Positions 21,111 through 53,786 of a stretch of 64,000 bases of DNA are shown piece after piece. Each line of letters opens with the position of its first letter. Position 1 is the stretch's first letter. The DNA is from Amoebidium appalachense (lineage: Eukaryota; Protista; Ichthyosporea), in NCBI GenBank assembly GCA_963693365.1, contig CAVNZM010000009.1, positions 6,195,045 to 6,259,044 of the forward strand. The letters are read 5' to 3'. The translations under genes were made by a program, and so were the position numbers. The notes under the pieces were generated by a model that ran no database searches, had not been told where the DNA came from, and worked only from the letters and a program-made list of their open reading frames with translations.

Positions 21111-22307
21111 CCCCCCCCCCCTCTCCCTCTCCCTCTCTCCCTCTCTCTCACTCTCTCTCAGAGTCTCTCTCTCTCCCCCTCTCTCTCTCTGCAGGTCTCT
21201 CTTTATCTCCCTCTGACTTACTCGCTCTCAGTTTCTCTCTATCACTTGCTCTCTTTCCCTGAGCTGGGTGAAAACCTTTATCATAGAGAGGGTGGTGTCT
21301 GGCAGTGTGTGTGTTGGTGCACTGTTCTGCAGACGCTGAACATAAATAAAAAGGGATGTAAAAAGATCAGTATAACCTTTCTACGTGGCGACAATGTTCA
21401 GTGATGCTGCAGTGGCACAGTGACTGTTGGTTTGGGTGGGTGCGACGCATGGATCATACGACCATGAGGAACCGGAACATGTAAACATCGTGTATGCAGC
21501 ACCCCATGTGCAAGCCTTTCACAGCGTATCTCTCTCAATCTTCTCTCTCTCACTCATTAATTAATATTCTCCCCCCACACAGACGTCGAATATTCTCCCT
21601 CTCCTTTCTCTTGCGATATGATAATTGGTCCAACACGCACCACCAGGAAATATGATTTACGCTTTGTTTTGCAGCTGAAATGTGCTATTTAGCTTTTATT
21701 GAGCCCCATTTAGCAGAAGTGTAAACCCCCACATGTACAACTTTCACAAAACAGGTTTACGATAAAGAACTTTCCGGAACATTCACACGAGCGGCTCACT
21801 GCACCCACCGTGCCGTATGCACGCGGCCACGCACCCACCCACGTGCATTGCTTTTGTGTTACTTTCCCGTTTGTTTTTCTTATGTTTTTTTCTGGCAATG
21901 GGAGCGCAATTCTAACCGCAACCCAACTATTCCTTATACAGTTATGGTAGTGACACAGTGCTTGGCATTTTTGTTGGCTTAAGCAGCTATATTTCGGTTT
22001 CGAAGGGTGTGTTGCTTCCTCAGACTCTGTAGCTCGGCCTACAGTAAGCCTAAGTGTATAGGGCTGTAGTTGGCAGCTTTGAAGGGCTGTTATAGATAGA
22101 AGGTCTGTCAATGACCGTCTACATATAGTTGTTTTTCCTCCCCATCTTGTAGCCATCAAGTGCCCCATTCACTCGAATACAACGGACAAAACGCGCACCC
22201 ATCTCAGCACATCACAAACAATACACATCGCTTTTGCTCCGATCTTCCGCAACCCACAGATCCGACTGTGAAAACATCACATCGTTAGTTTATTTAAGTG
22301 CATTTCC

Positions 22308-33431
<11,124 letters not shown>

Positions 33432-34369
33432 CGGGTTTTCTTTCTTTTTCCTTCTTTCTTTTTTTTGTTTTGTGTCAAAGGTTTCTTCCCCCTATTTTTT
33501 CTTCTTCTTCTTCTTTCTTTCTTTTCTTTTCTTTTCTTTTATTTTATTTTATTTTATTTTTTTCTTCCTTTTTTTTGATTTTTGTCTTAGGTGTTTTTCT
33601 GTGGAGATGGGTGCATGTACGTGTGTGTGTGTGTGCGTGCCTGTGTGCATGTGCAAGTGTGTGGGTGAATAAGTGTGTGTGCGGCACGCAAACGTGTGTG
33701 TACGTGTGTGTGTGTATGGTGTGTGTGTGTGGTGGATCTCCTCCTGCTTTCCCTTCCATCTTTGTCCATTGGCAATGAATTGCCCGCCTGTTCTTTTTTT
33801 GCTGTCGACCCCTTTTCCTTGCACAGTTGTGCTGAGGCATCTGGGTGTGGTTGTGGGCGAATGTAGGCACACACATACTCATGTTTGGGAAGCAATGTTT
33901 GTTTCAGACGGACATACACAGGCGGCACCTGTACACACACATGCACACATCAATCCACTCAACGGAGTGAATGCATAGGTCTCCCCCCCCCCCCCCCCCC
34001 CCCCTCTCTCACCCCCCCACCCTCCTACCCTCCCTTTCATTATGTGTTACGATGTCCGCGCGCGCACACACACACAAAGGCGCACGTACACAGGCAGAAA
34101 AAAACGAAGAACACCGGCCCTAATATACACTTAAACTTCTGCAGTACAGACGGTCTTCAACGTTGCTGCTTAGTTTTTTTTGTTTCCCCTGCAAGCTTTT
34201 TCTTTCTTTCTTTTTTTTTTTTTTCCCGGCTGTTAATTTTGAGGGTTTTTAGCAGTGACTGTCGCGATAGGTGAATCTCAAGCCTAAACTTCATGTAGAG
34301 AATGAATAGGCTAAAGCTCGCATGTAGTATGGTACCCAGCTCAGGAACCAACGTACACAGGCACACACA

Positions 34370-34464
<95 letters not shown>

Positions 34465-34564
34465 GCATCTGGCATCTTGTAAGTACAATCTGGATATGTA
34501 CATAATTCAAGTTTTTGATCTGGCACTCAATAGGAAGTTGGGCACCATTTGAAGTTTTCAAGGC

Positions 34565-34629
<65 letters not shown>

Positions 34630-35073
34630 AGGGGATGGGTGAAATGCTGCTGTGCAGTATGCCCCGGGACAGGGTTTTGCGGAAGAGGAGGGGGAAGAGT
34701 GGGGGGGGGGGGGGGGGGGGTTGCTATATGTGGTAATCACATCAGAAATGAAAGGGGGATTACAGACCATCCAATGCTGCAATGTTTGTTACCGTGAGGG
34801 TTCCAAGCATTCTCAAGTCTTCATGTTTGTGTGTGCAATATGCCAGGGTCTAATGCACGTTTTGGGCAGGATGCGAAGACCCCTTCCCCCCTGCCCTCTC
34901 CCCTTCCCCCACCCCCTCCCCAAACACACACACAGCCTTGAGTGTCCTCATTCACGTGTATCGACGTCGACCCTGTGTACGTGTGTGCCTGCGGGTGTGT
35001 GCACGCCCGTGTGTACATGTATACAAAGTCATGTGTATGTGTGCGTGTGTGTGTGTGCGCGCGCGCGCGCCAC

Positions 35074-35110
<37 letters not shown>

Positions 35111-36332
35111 GCACGTCTCCAGCTTTCCCTCCCTCTCCCTGACAGTGTGTGTGTGTGGGTACGTAGAGGGATTTAAACGTATGTGCCATGGGGAGGGGGG
35201 GGGGGCACGTTGAGGGTGGATCTGAATGGCGCAAGTGGTGAAAGCCGTGATGAAACCCCTCTAATATTTAGCTCTTACTTGGGAACTGCATGCTGTTTGT
35301 GTGTGTGTGTGTGTGTGTGTTTGTGTTTATCGCACGTTTTTTATTTCTATTTTGTTTACTGATAGTATTTTATAGTATTATTAGTGATGTTTTGCAATTG
35401 ATGCTTTGTTTTTCTTGTTCTCTGGTTGTGCTTGTTTATAATAAACCACGCGCGTTATGGTTGCCAGATATGTGGCGGTGGTGGGCACCCGTTTTTTTGT
35501 TTTTTTGTTTTTTTTTGGGGGGGGGAGGGGGGGGGAGGATCCGGGGTTAGTCAATTTGAGAAACTCAGTGCAAGCATGTGTCAATTTTATAATAAAAAAA
35601 ATTTAATTTGGGGGACTCCAAGGTCCATTCAACACTTGAATTCACACCAAACTTTAAGCATTTGCATGGAATATCACAGTAATATGTACAAGGTATATAA
35701 ACAAAAAGCAGGCTCTGCCCAACCTAACGTGGTCATGCTTTTTCTAGAGATTTCTTCAATGTTCCGCAAATGTAAGTTGTTGTATGTGTTCTAATACTGG
35801 GGAACTTTCTCGGGGCCACTAGTTGTCCAGACCTTATTGTTCTCATGCTATTGCAAGTGCATGTTGCCTAACTTTCATGATGCTCACATGATGTGTGTGC
35901 ATAGGAATTTTCCGAAATCTATATTCTTGATTCTTCAAAGCTTGGAAATTCGCACTTTAAAAACACAAACACGGGAATAGGAAAACTAATGATAGAAGCA
36001 CGTATGGCTCATAGACCCACCCACACAGTGTGTGTAACCCTTTTTTAGCATATGGCATGCCGTATCATAGGCTCACACCAAAGGGCCCTTATAGCAAGGC
36101 ATACCCCGAAACCGAAGTCTTTCAGATCAACCTACTAATATTTCAACTGCATAGTTTCACTCAAAGATATCCATCTTCTAATGTTTGCTTTTATCTGAGT
36201 CACCAAATCGCCAAAATGCCCCCCCCCCCCCCCCCCCCTCCTCACCCCAATGCAAAACCACAGTACCACACCAACATAACAACAACAAACAATAATAATT
36301 AATCAGTCAACTAAATAAAACATGAAAAAAAT

Positions 36333-37950
<1,618 letters not shown>

Positions 37951-38106
37951 TCACGTATGCATTTAGCAAGTACACGTGTTTAATTCTCGCTAGTGGAGAC
38001 GGAGCATTGAGGAAGATGGTGGTAGTGATGATAGTTATTGATGGTAATTTGGAGGGGAGGGGGGAGGGGAGGAGAAGAACGATGAGAAGAAGGAGAAGAG
38101 GCGACG

Positions 38107-38174
<68 letters not shown>

Positions 38175-38399
38175 GGGAGGGGGAGGGAGGGCGAGGTGAG
38201 AAATGGGATAGATGCGAGTATCAAGTTAATCAGATAACGAACGGTCCTATGAAAACGAACCCGCCTCTCCCCCTCCCCCCCCCCCCCCCCCTCTCCCCCC
38301 CCCCCCTCCCTCCCCCCTGCGCAAAACACTCACACACTCACGCCCTGCCCGCGCCTGCAGTAAGGACAACCAAAAAGCGCCAAAAAGCTCAAGCACAGG

Positions 38400-38512
38400 C
38401 TACCAGGAGCACACACAGCGCTCCACATGGCAGGACATGTACAAGCAACCAGGAGCACAGCGCACCACATGGCAGGACATGTACAAGCAACCAGGAACAC
38501 AGCGCACCACAC
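38400..38512. repeat. ~42-bp tandem repeat (~2.5 copies)
   Basis: caggagcacagcgcaccacatggcaggacatgtacaagcaac is repeated. It lies in the probable 3' UTR of orphan gene A. Confidence 0.8.
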
Positions 38513-38568
38513 GCTAAAACATCTGCAAACAACCACAGCCATTGCATGGTATATAGCACAACCAAATC

Positions 38569-42579
<4,011 letters not shown>

Positions 42580-43134
42580 GGTGGCTGCTTGCTTGACCTG
42601 TAAAGGGTGGGGTCGCCTCTGTGAACTCAGGGACCAAAAATGCAATCTAGAGTGAAGTTTTGACTTTTTTTTGTTGCTCTCGAATCACTGCTCACTCCTT
42701 AACTCCTTCCCAGTGCCCAAGACACGTACAAAGGTGAGGGTGGCGGGTGAAACGGGCGCAAGAATTATTTTTCACAACAAAAAAGCAAGCATTAGTTAAC
42801 AAGCATTGATTTTTGTTTATTTCTTTCTTTCTTTTTTTTAGGGGGGGGGGAGAGGGGGGGGGGAGGGGGGGGGGGGAGAGGGGGGGTAAAGAACTAATGG
42901 CTCCTGAGAACTCGCCATTGTCAGCCCTAAGACTCTATCCTTCCTACATGTGGAGAAATGCACGTGCAAAAACAAGGTGTCATACTACTCGAAGCAACAA
43001 TACAACAGCCTTTTCTGTTTGCTTATAGTTTCATACAAGTTTCACATACTCCCTTGTTTCTTGGTTATCATTTTGTGGTTACATGCGTGGGATACCGTAT
43101 ATGTCACTAAAGCAGAAAACGGAAAAGGGGGGGA

Positions 43135-43180
<46 letters not shown>

Positions 43181-43899
43181 TGGCCGGAGCCATGTTCAAA
43201 AATCAATGGGTGTTTATGTTGCTTCACACAGCATGTGACACGTTTGACATAAAAATAACAGTTTTTGTCACTGAGTTGTCCAACACGTCAAAACAAAACG
43301 GCAAGTGCACTGAAGCCGTGGTATAAGCCATAAAACGGCACAGAATTAGGTACCTGTATAGCAAAAGGCATACCTGTGCACGAGTGAGTCGCAGAGGAAA
43401 TTAGAAAGAAGTCCACCAGCTGTTCCCGTTTTTCCCGTTAAGGGTGTTGTACGTGTCTTGTGTTTTCGCTCGGCTTCCTCTGTTCTTTCTCTAAACTTCA
43501 TCATAATCGTGGAAGCAAAAATCAGCAACTACAACGCGCTCTATACTATATAGCTTTAAATTGTCGCTCTAACTTTTAAAATTAGGTTTTCGTAACCCTA
43601 GAACCGAAAAACAGGAAAGGTAAAGCTTGCTTCCGCTAGTAGGCTACATATGACCTTAACACCTTCAGAGCCACTTTCCTATCACTTCACACCTTCAACC
43701 AAAAAAAAATGCTAGCACACAAAAAAAGCAACGAAAGGAGTCTCTACTAAATAGCACTTTTACTTCGCTTCCAACGTTTCGTGTTTTCATCTTTTCATGT
43801 CTTCATGTTTACATGTTTTCTCTTGACACAGAGTTGCAATGTACACGCCGGCGGCGTTTTGTTACTTGGGCCGGGCCCAGCCACACTCGACGGTTTTCC

Positions 43900-44095
43900 A
43901 GCGCAGCCAATCAAATGCAGCTAAAGACATATGTACATTTTGTTACTTTTCTACAGCAGGTCCTGAGCAGGAGCGCGACCGGAATCTGATTGGCTAATGA
44001 ATTCGCTTTAGATCTAGATTCTGTAAGATGATTGGCGGATACTCAAAATGGTTCAGCAAGCTACCAAATTAGGAATTTGGCGCACTTTGGCGCAC
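43900..44095 (-). promoter_or_regulatory. Putative promoter of gene A: CCAAT boxes plus tandem E2F-like sites
   Basis: ccaatc at ~43907, attgg at ~43989 and ~44031, and TTTGGCGC at 44076-44083 and 44086-44093. It lies upstream of the probable 5' UTR exon (~43370-43520) and has a homologous block at 49.6-49.7 kb. Confidence 0.5.
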
Positions 44096-44184
44096 CGGCC
44101 GGTAGTCTACTTTATGTGTACGGTATTTAGATATTTTGGTTGTCCTAGAAAGATTGGTACCCAAAGAGGTGTCGTCATGGTTAC

Positions 44185-44786
44185 ATGTCGCGTGATTACC
44201 GGCCGTTGCATATCTGCCACTTACTTATTAAACATGTACACAATCACAAGATAATCACGCAATATAACAAATGGAAAAAGATACCACACGACACTAGACC
44301 CGATGAAAGCATACACCTTGAAAAACTAAGCCTTATGTCTCGTTTTATATATACTGACCGCCTCAACCATATTGCCAAATATGGCACTCGCAAGTGTATA
44401 ACACCTAAATACATATTACCTTCCTGTAGAACTGGTCTTTCTCTAGCTGATGGTATTATTGATCAATTACCACGCTTTTACTGTACACGTGCTATACAGT
44501 GGAGATCTAATAAGTATAAGGTGGCATCATTTGCATGCCCAAACAACACACACACACACCAGTTTAACCGGTCATGTATCGCCAAATGTAGTTTGATAGA
44601 CCACATAATACCGCAACACACACACGTCACATTCACAACAGACACCCAGAAAGATAGCCTACCTGTAAATTACAACATCCTTGATTTTATACTAAACACG
44701 CGTAACTACGACCTGTTTATTAGATGTATTGATTGGCTTGAGAAACACATCACTACAAAATTATAGCGCACGCGCACACACACACA

Positions 44787-44839
<53 letters not shown>

Positions 44840-44871
44840 CCAGCTGATACCGAGTGTCCCGAGGGGAGCCC

Positions 44872-44918
<47 letters not shown>
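44185..44918 (+). mobile_element. Probable 5'-truncated non-LTR retrotransposon remnant
   Basis: Intronless non-repetitive ORF ending at 44766, with a Cys/His cluster (CPNNTHTHQFNRSCIAKC) and NYNILDFILN..YDLF, resembling LINE ORF2 C-termini. It is followed by a short 3' UTR and an A43 tail (44876-44918). No RT motifs or TSD were seen. Confidence 0.5.
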
Positions 44919-44919
<1 letters not shown>

Positions 44920-45795
44920 GGGGAACCCCAACTAATTGATTTCTCCTTGTAGTCTTTATGGTGTCTCGTAGAGAAAGTAAACCCTGATATATAGTCACCA
45001 CCCGACATCTATGTACGTGATCATGATATACCGCTGAGGGGATATTCCGAGCAAAACCCCCCCCCCATACCTGAGACTGGTTCTCTTTGCCTCGAGTAAA
45101 CAGCGTAAACCCCGTTGCATATAGCATGCATCGATATGACATATCATGAAATCACCCTGCGGCCGGTACCGGTCAAGGCCTCCAATTGCAACAACTCAGG
45201 ATACAACTAGAGGCCGTGGTACCGGCGGTCCAAGAAGTTCTTTCCGAAAGCAGGCAAAAAAAATGCAGTTTCAAAGGAGAGTTTAAAAGCATTTCAAGTG
45301 ATAATGATCATAATACGTGCTTGCGCACCGAGCTGTTGTTACATAAGAACTTTCTTAACAGCTGAGAGACGCATTACCTAAGTGGAAGGAATTCGTGAAT
45401 GTGCTTGAAGGGATCCGAAGATCCCTGCACGAGGCTGTGAAAACAGCATGTTCATTGACAGACAGATGACATGCCGTGGTATCTCTTGCGTGTGCACGTG
45501 TGCATGACTTGTGTAACCATGTAGGTGTAAACGGGCGCCCGTGTGATACCTAGATTTCCAGAATTATTCAAGTACAACGGGACATTGGCACGAGGGGAAG
45601 GCTTGCAATTGCATTTGTGCAAGTAGCATACTTGATCATGCTGCATGGGTCGACGTTTGCTTTCTAGTGCTAGAAAAAGGGGCACTCGGTCAATGGGACA
45701 CTACACCACCCATTGAACACAACCATACTGGGGTGGAAGCATCTGTGTTTTATTGGCTGTTTGGTGTTTTCTTTTGTTTTTTTTTGTTTTTTATT

Positions 45796-45851
<56 letters not shown>

Positions 45852-46168
45852 TGGTTTGTAACAGTTAACTTGAAAAGGAATGGGCAGGGAAAGTAAAATA
45901 GATGTCAAAATTGTTAAAAAAGGAGGAGGCAATGAGTGAAGAAGAGCACGAGCGAATGGGGAATGAATATGCAAGGGAGTGTCACTGACGTCGAGGGTGG
46001 AGACTGGAGGGGAAGGGGGGGAGGGGGGGGGGGGGGGGGGTGAGAGGGAGCTACGGCAGGAGCTCCGGGGGGGGGGAGGAGGGGGGGAGGGGAAGAGAGA
46101 GGGGGGGGGGGTGGCGGGGGAGGTGGGGGTCAAATGGCACATACTTAGTCTCCAGACGTTCGTATTAT

Positions 46169-46204
<36 letters not shown>

Positions 46205-46560
46205 CCTCCCCCCCCCCCCCCCCCCCCCAACACAAACACACACACACACGTGTACACACACACACCCCACACACCCCCTCCCCCCCCCCCCCCCCCTCCC
46301 TCGGAGTCCCCCCCCTCTCCCCCTGTCCCCGTCATTCACAACATTACTCTCTCCGTTGCTTTTTCTACTAACGGTTGTCTTTATGCTCAGTCTCACTCTT
46401 ACCAATTGCCTCAGTCTTAGTTCCCAATCCACGGTTTCTTCACAGGCAACATACTTCCTTCATCATTCCTCCCGTTTTTTCTCTCCGACCACTTCGATTC
46501 TCATCACTTACCTCCCCTACATTAATCCTCGTTTTTGGTCCTAGTCTCTTGGAAGAACCC

Positions 46561-46682
<122 letters not shown>

Positions 46683-46967
46683 ATGTGCATGTGTGCTCGC
46701 GCGTGTGCGTGCGCGAATTGTTTGTGTATGCATGTGTTAACATGTTTGCCCGTGCGCATGCATGCATGTGTGCATGTTGGGGAATACGTGTGTATTAGGA
46801 TGTGTAAAAATGTCGATGACATGTTCAAACACGTACAACGGAAGGTGTGGGAAAGTTTTTTCCGCCCGGGGGAAGGGGGGGGGGGGGGGGGGGGGATGCA
46901 TCCAGCTTTCATACCAGTGAGGATACAATGGGTCATGCGCATAAATGAGGGTTTGCCTGTGTACGCG

Positions 46968-47073
<106 letters not shown>

Positions 47074-47156
47074 CGTGTGCAGCGCAGTGTGCGCCCAATT
47101 TTCATTCGGTTTCCTAAAGACTTTCTATAGTAGGTGTGCATCAGGGCCTCCTAAAA

Positions 47157-48489
<1,333 letters not shown>

Positions 48490-49609
48490 TGAAAACCGTT
48501 TGCTTCACCTGTAAAGGTTAATGTGTGTAAGTGGGAATTCGAAGACCAAAATTAAGAGGGACATCGATTTTTTTTTTTTGCCCTTGTCACCGCCCCACTT
48601 CTAACCTCCTTTCCTGTGGGAAAGGTAAGCGCAAAGATCACGGAATGTTGGGGATGAAATGGGCACAGAACTATAGTTACACTTGAGGTCTTGGCTTAAC
48701 GAGAAAAAGAAAACCTGAGTACCCTTCAACATGGATGTGAGAGTGGGAAGGGGAGAAGGGGGGGGGGGGGGGGGGGGGTGAAGCCAGCAACCAACAACCA
48801 TGCGACTAGTCCTTTGAACTTGCCGTAGCCAGGCCTCAGATTCTGATGTTTCTGCACACTGTGAAGTGCAATTACAAAAACAGGGCGTCCTACTCAGCAA
48901 AGGTACCCTGTCTTTGTTCTTATCTGCCTATGCTTTCATACACGTTTCACACACTCCCTTGTCTCTAGCTAGTATAGGCTATGGCTCACACATATGTATG
49001 TCAAACTGCTCAGTATCTCATTTTGACACCGGCCGTTGCCAAATAAGCACAGCTGCAAAACAAAGCATTAGGAAGCAGCAGGTGCACGGAAGCCGTAGTT
49101 TAATTAGTACAATGGCGCAGAGATTAGGCACCTGTATAAATATAGCACAAAACCTACCTGCGCACCAGAATGTCGGAGAAAATCAGAAGAAAGCCCACCA
49201 GCTCTGTTCTTGATTTTCCCGTTGAGGATGTTGTGCATGTGCTTGCGCTCGGCTTCCCCTGCTCTATCCTCTAAACAACATTATAAAGAGGTGGAAGAAA
49301 AAACCAGCAACCACGACTGTATAACAAAGAGCTGTACACTGTTGTTTTAACCATCAAGGATGTAGGTTTCCGTTGTAATCCTTGCTTTCTCATGGCCTTA
49401 TAAAGGCTTACAGCACGCCTTTATAATTCAGAGCCCCTTTTCGGTGCAACTTCACTTCATACCTTCAACCAAACAAATAGTTGTATTGAGGCGAAGGGCT
49501 GGCACACTAAAAACAACAATTAATTAGCTTTTGTTTTGAAGGTTCTTTTTCGGCTTGACATTGACTCAAATTTTGTTGAACGGTTTCCGCCCGGAACGCA
49601 AGTTGCGCA

Positions 49610-49710
49610 ACCCAAATCTGATTGGCTGGCAAACGCGTTTTCCCGCGTTTTATCTCAAAATGGTAGTGGAAGGTGTTGAATAAGGCATTTGGCCGTGCAT
49701 TTGGCGCGCC
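49610..49710 (-). promoter_or_regulatory. Putative promoter of gene B: CCAAT plus E2F-like sites
   Basis: aatctgattggct at ~49615-49627, TTTCCCGC at 49639-49646 and TTTGGCGC at 49700-49707. It shares aatctgattggct and ctcaaaatgg with the gene A promoter. Confidence 0.5.
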
Positions 49711-49849
49711 TCCCCCCCCCCCCCCCCCCCCCCCCGGCCCCCAAAATCCTGCAAGTATACGCTGGTTGTTACATAACGAGTTTTGCGCGTGCCACTTCGA
49801 AGACCCCCCCGCCCTCCCTCCCCGCCCTCCCCCCCCTCTCCCCACCCCC

Positions 49850-49908
<59 letters not shown>

Positions 49909-49917
49909 GCGCGTGCG

Positions 49918-50033
<116 letters not shown>

Positions 50034-50209
50034 GGCCACAGCCATACCAAGATACTGCAAATCATTGTTTCGAAGTTGCTGTTACATTACGAATTTTGTC
50101 AACCACACACCGTGGGAAGCACACACGCACACACGCACACGGAAGCGTGTGCACACACACACTCACACACAGACACACACAAACACACACACGCACACAC
50201 GCGCGCGCG

Positions 50210-50291
<82 letters not shown>

Positions 50292-50347
50292 TAAACACAC
50301 CGTGCAAAAACCCACCCATGACCGCCCACCCCACCCCAGAAAGAGAA

Positions 50348-50535
50348 AGGGCCCAACCACATCGGCTGAGTCAACTGGCAAAAAGCAGAATTATTCTGCA
50401 AAAGCGGAATTATTCTGAAAAAAGCAGAATAAGTCTGCTTTTAGCAGATTTATTCTGCTTTTAGCAGAATTATTCCGCAAAAAGCGGAATCATTCTGCTC
50501 GGAGCAAGTTGGCTCAGCCGATGTGGTTGGGCCCT
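50348..50535. mobile_element. MITE (~188 bp, 29-bp terminal inverted repeats)
   Basis: agggcccaaccacatcggctgagtcaact (50348-50376) and agttggctcagccgatgtggttgggccct (50507-50535) pair with one mismatch. The interior consists of repeated gcagaattattctgc-type palindromes. No clear TSD. Confidence 0.8.
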
Positions 50536-51150
50536 CCAGAAATGGGACACCATAGTATAGCCGTAGGTGGCTAAAATTGAGTTACGTGCACACTTACTCA
50601 TTCTTCTAATTCCTATTATGAACTTCATGATCAGCTTACGCACATGCAGTTGGAAATGATTCGAATACCTTCCAATACAAGTGGAGGTCACCGAAGATGA
50701 CGTGGTGATCAAACTCCCGGGGGGTGGGGGGGCTGGCGGGCGGGCCTGGGGGAGGGCGTGTACAGGAGGAATGCTCTCTCTCCGGGTACTAGCTTCAACA
50801 TAGGGCTGTTATATCCCAGCTGCAGGCGGTACTAAACAGCTTGGTTGTGTCTTTGCTGCTTCCCTCGCCCCCTCTCCCCTCCCCCCCCTCCCGCCCTCCC
50901 CCCTCCCTCCCCGCCCTCCGCCCCCCCTCTCCCTTTCCCCCCTCCTGTCCTCCTCTCCCTCCCCCATCCCCTAAAGTTTTTAAAACCCAACAAACATCTC
51001 GAGTATGTCACGTTTTGACTGCCTCGTACACAACCAAGTCATGATGGCACCACCCTCCGTCATAATTCAAAGTCACTCGGACTCCTGGGCCACCTCCCCC
51101 CCTCCCCCCCCTCCCCTCCCCCCCCCCCTCCCCCCCCCCCCCCCCCCCAA

Positions 51151-51181
<31 letters not shown>

Positions 51182-51197
51182 ACCACACACGCACGCA

Positions 51198-51263
<66 letters not shown>

Positions 51264-52129
51264 ACGTGCACGCGCACGCACACACACACGTGCACACGCA
51301 CATGCGCGCACACACGCAGAGCCACCGTGACACACACACACATACATGTACACCTGTGTTTCATTGAAAGTCATGCATGTGCAAAGCCAGCAATGATAGC
51401 GACTACCTTCTATGCTAACCGTAGATGTACTGTAAAAATGGGAAATGCAGCAGCCTAAGAGACTCTGTGTGGCCAGCTGTACACCATGTTATTGGTGGTG
51501 GTGGCCACCGGTGTTTCTTCTTCTCTTAGCGTTTTTCTTTTTCCTCATTTCTGGTTTTTTTTTACCTGCCTTTTCCCTTCTTTTCTCTTTTAGAGGCTTT
51601 CAAAAGCTGAAGCTTCTTTTCTTTCTTTCTCTCCTTCTTCCTCCCTCCCCCCCCCCCCCCCCCCCTTTTTTTTTGAAGGGGGGGGAAGGAGAGGAAGGAG
51701 AGGAAGGAGAGGGGCGGGGGGGGAGGGGGGGGGGGGGGGTAGTGGTGAAGATTCGGAGTGTGCCACGCGCACACAAACATAGTGAAAGTCGTCGCCCGAC
51801 ACAAACAAAAAAAATAAAAAAATACGGTAAAAAAAAAAAGACTTTGTCGGTCAGGGAAAGCACAGCAACCCACTTGGCAAAGACTCATAAAAGTTTAATC
51901 ATCATGTACTGTTTCCTAATATTGTCATGTTTTACAATATTTATACAATATCGCTCGATATGACAAATATATATTCTTCGACGTACTTTACCCTGTGTCC
52001 TACACAGAGTGCAATCATACGGTATGTTTCATGAATCACTATATACATGTTGTACTATACAATAAGAGGTAGAGCACGGGCACATTGCCTATTCAGAAAT
52101 AATTGTGAGGAAAAGGAGAAAAAGGAAGC

Positions 52130-52161
<32 letters not shown>

Positions 52162-52355
52162 TAAACACACAGACTCAAGTTTATACATACTCGGAAAAGA
52201 AACCAACAGAAAAGAATACGAAGGAAGGGGTGGGCTAAACACTGCCCGAATTCTTTTGATCCCAGCTATGATGGATTCCTAAAACTCCTAAGGCTTCCTC
52301 GTGTACAAAAAGAAGTGGGAAACATAATGGCCAACACAAAGTCCGACTTAGAATT

Positions 52356-53460
52356 TTAAAGATAAAAATTAGTTGACGGAACCTCACCCTGCCCATTCCT
52401 ATTGCTGTCCTCTTCTCCCTCCGGTATTGCCGGGGCGCATACGCTCATTCTCGGTGGGGCACTCCCAGTGACCCTCACGACATCCCTTTGTCTCATCCCA
52501 CTCATCACCGACCCCCGGCCCATCATCGCCGACACCATAGACCACCTCCGTCCTGAACCTTCACCACCCAACCCGCTGGCCGAGCCGATTGACCCACGGG
52601 CCGACCCGTTTGACGCGCGGGCCGATGACCCTGAAACGTCCTCGCACACAGTGTGTCGTCCCTCTGTCGGCTTGGATACAGACACACCCGCCCTACCAAG
52701 CGTACGTATAGCGTGCTTGTTCAGTTTCCTCACAGAACGGAGAGTAAAATCGCTGTCGATTAACATCGCTGGCGTAGTGTGTGCGAACTTGGGGTTTCTG
52801 CACATACCAGCTACCGTCAGAGTAATGCCGGTTGTTAATCGTTGGGCCACGCGTGCCTTCATCACAGACACCACAAAGGGTTCCCTGTCCTTGAGAGCCT
52901 TCGTAAGCATGCCCACCACATCTTCATCTGTCTTCCCAACAGCGCTCTTTCCCTTCACCGAAATTACCGTGTAGTTCGGTTGCAAACCCGATCTGTATGC
53001 AAGCGAATCGACCAGCACAGACTTAATCTTCCCTCCGCCGTAGGTGATGCCAAAGTGCTGCCCGAGGGAACCGGTAGGTTGGATGTGAACCGGGTATTCC
53101 AGTGCCGCCTCGCATATCTCCAAGTCCAACGTGTTCCCTTCTTTCATTGTGTCCATGCATGCAAGCACGCCTAGCTTGTTGGCGTCAACTTCGTTTACAG
53201 AGACTATCTCGTCACCAAAACGAAGACCTATCCTGTATGCGGCGGATCTGAACATGCTTGGCCCAGCTCCGGTACCGTTGGAAACCGGGAATTCGGACAC
53301 AAAAACGACGTAAATTTTGCCCCGTGGGTTTTGGTGAGGAAAAGGAAGTTGTTGTTTTTTTTCCTTATTAGTTAAGTATAAAACCCCCTTTTTTTTTTTT
53401 TTTTTTTTCTTTCCTTTTTTTCCTTTCCCCCCCCCCCGAAAAAAAAAGGAGGGAGGAAAA

Positions 53461-53499
<39 letters not shown>

Positions 53500-53786
53500 G
53501 GTGAAGATATATTGGGGGGGCCACACCACAAAAAAAACACCAAAGCGCACCAGAGCTGCGCACCGAAATCCTCTTTTGCTCGTTTTGCAACCCGCACCCA
53601 CCTCTTTGTGGGCTTATGTTCCGCAACACCACTGATGCCGTTTGCCGGTGTGTGGATGTCATGCGGGAGGTTGGACTTTGGCTCATGTTCGAAAAACGAA
53701 CCGGGAAAGGCCTTGATGGGGGTGTGATTGCGAAAAAAGCCGCCTTCCCCTGGGGGAAGATCGTTGTGGTTTGCCGTATCCAACAT
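52356..53786 (-). CDS. Syntenin-like tandem-PDZ protein with a Ser/Gly/Arg-rich C-terminal tail
   Basis: PDZ1 (VRVAKRAKEDFGAQL..GKIYV..SAAYRIGLRFGDEIVSVN) and PDZ2 (FGITYGGGKIKSVLVDSLAYRSGL...SVKGKSAVGKTDEDVVGML) resemble syntenin. There is an intron-like insert at 53322-53540. Confidence 0.8.
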
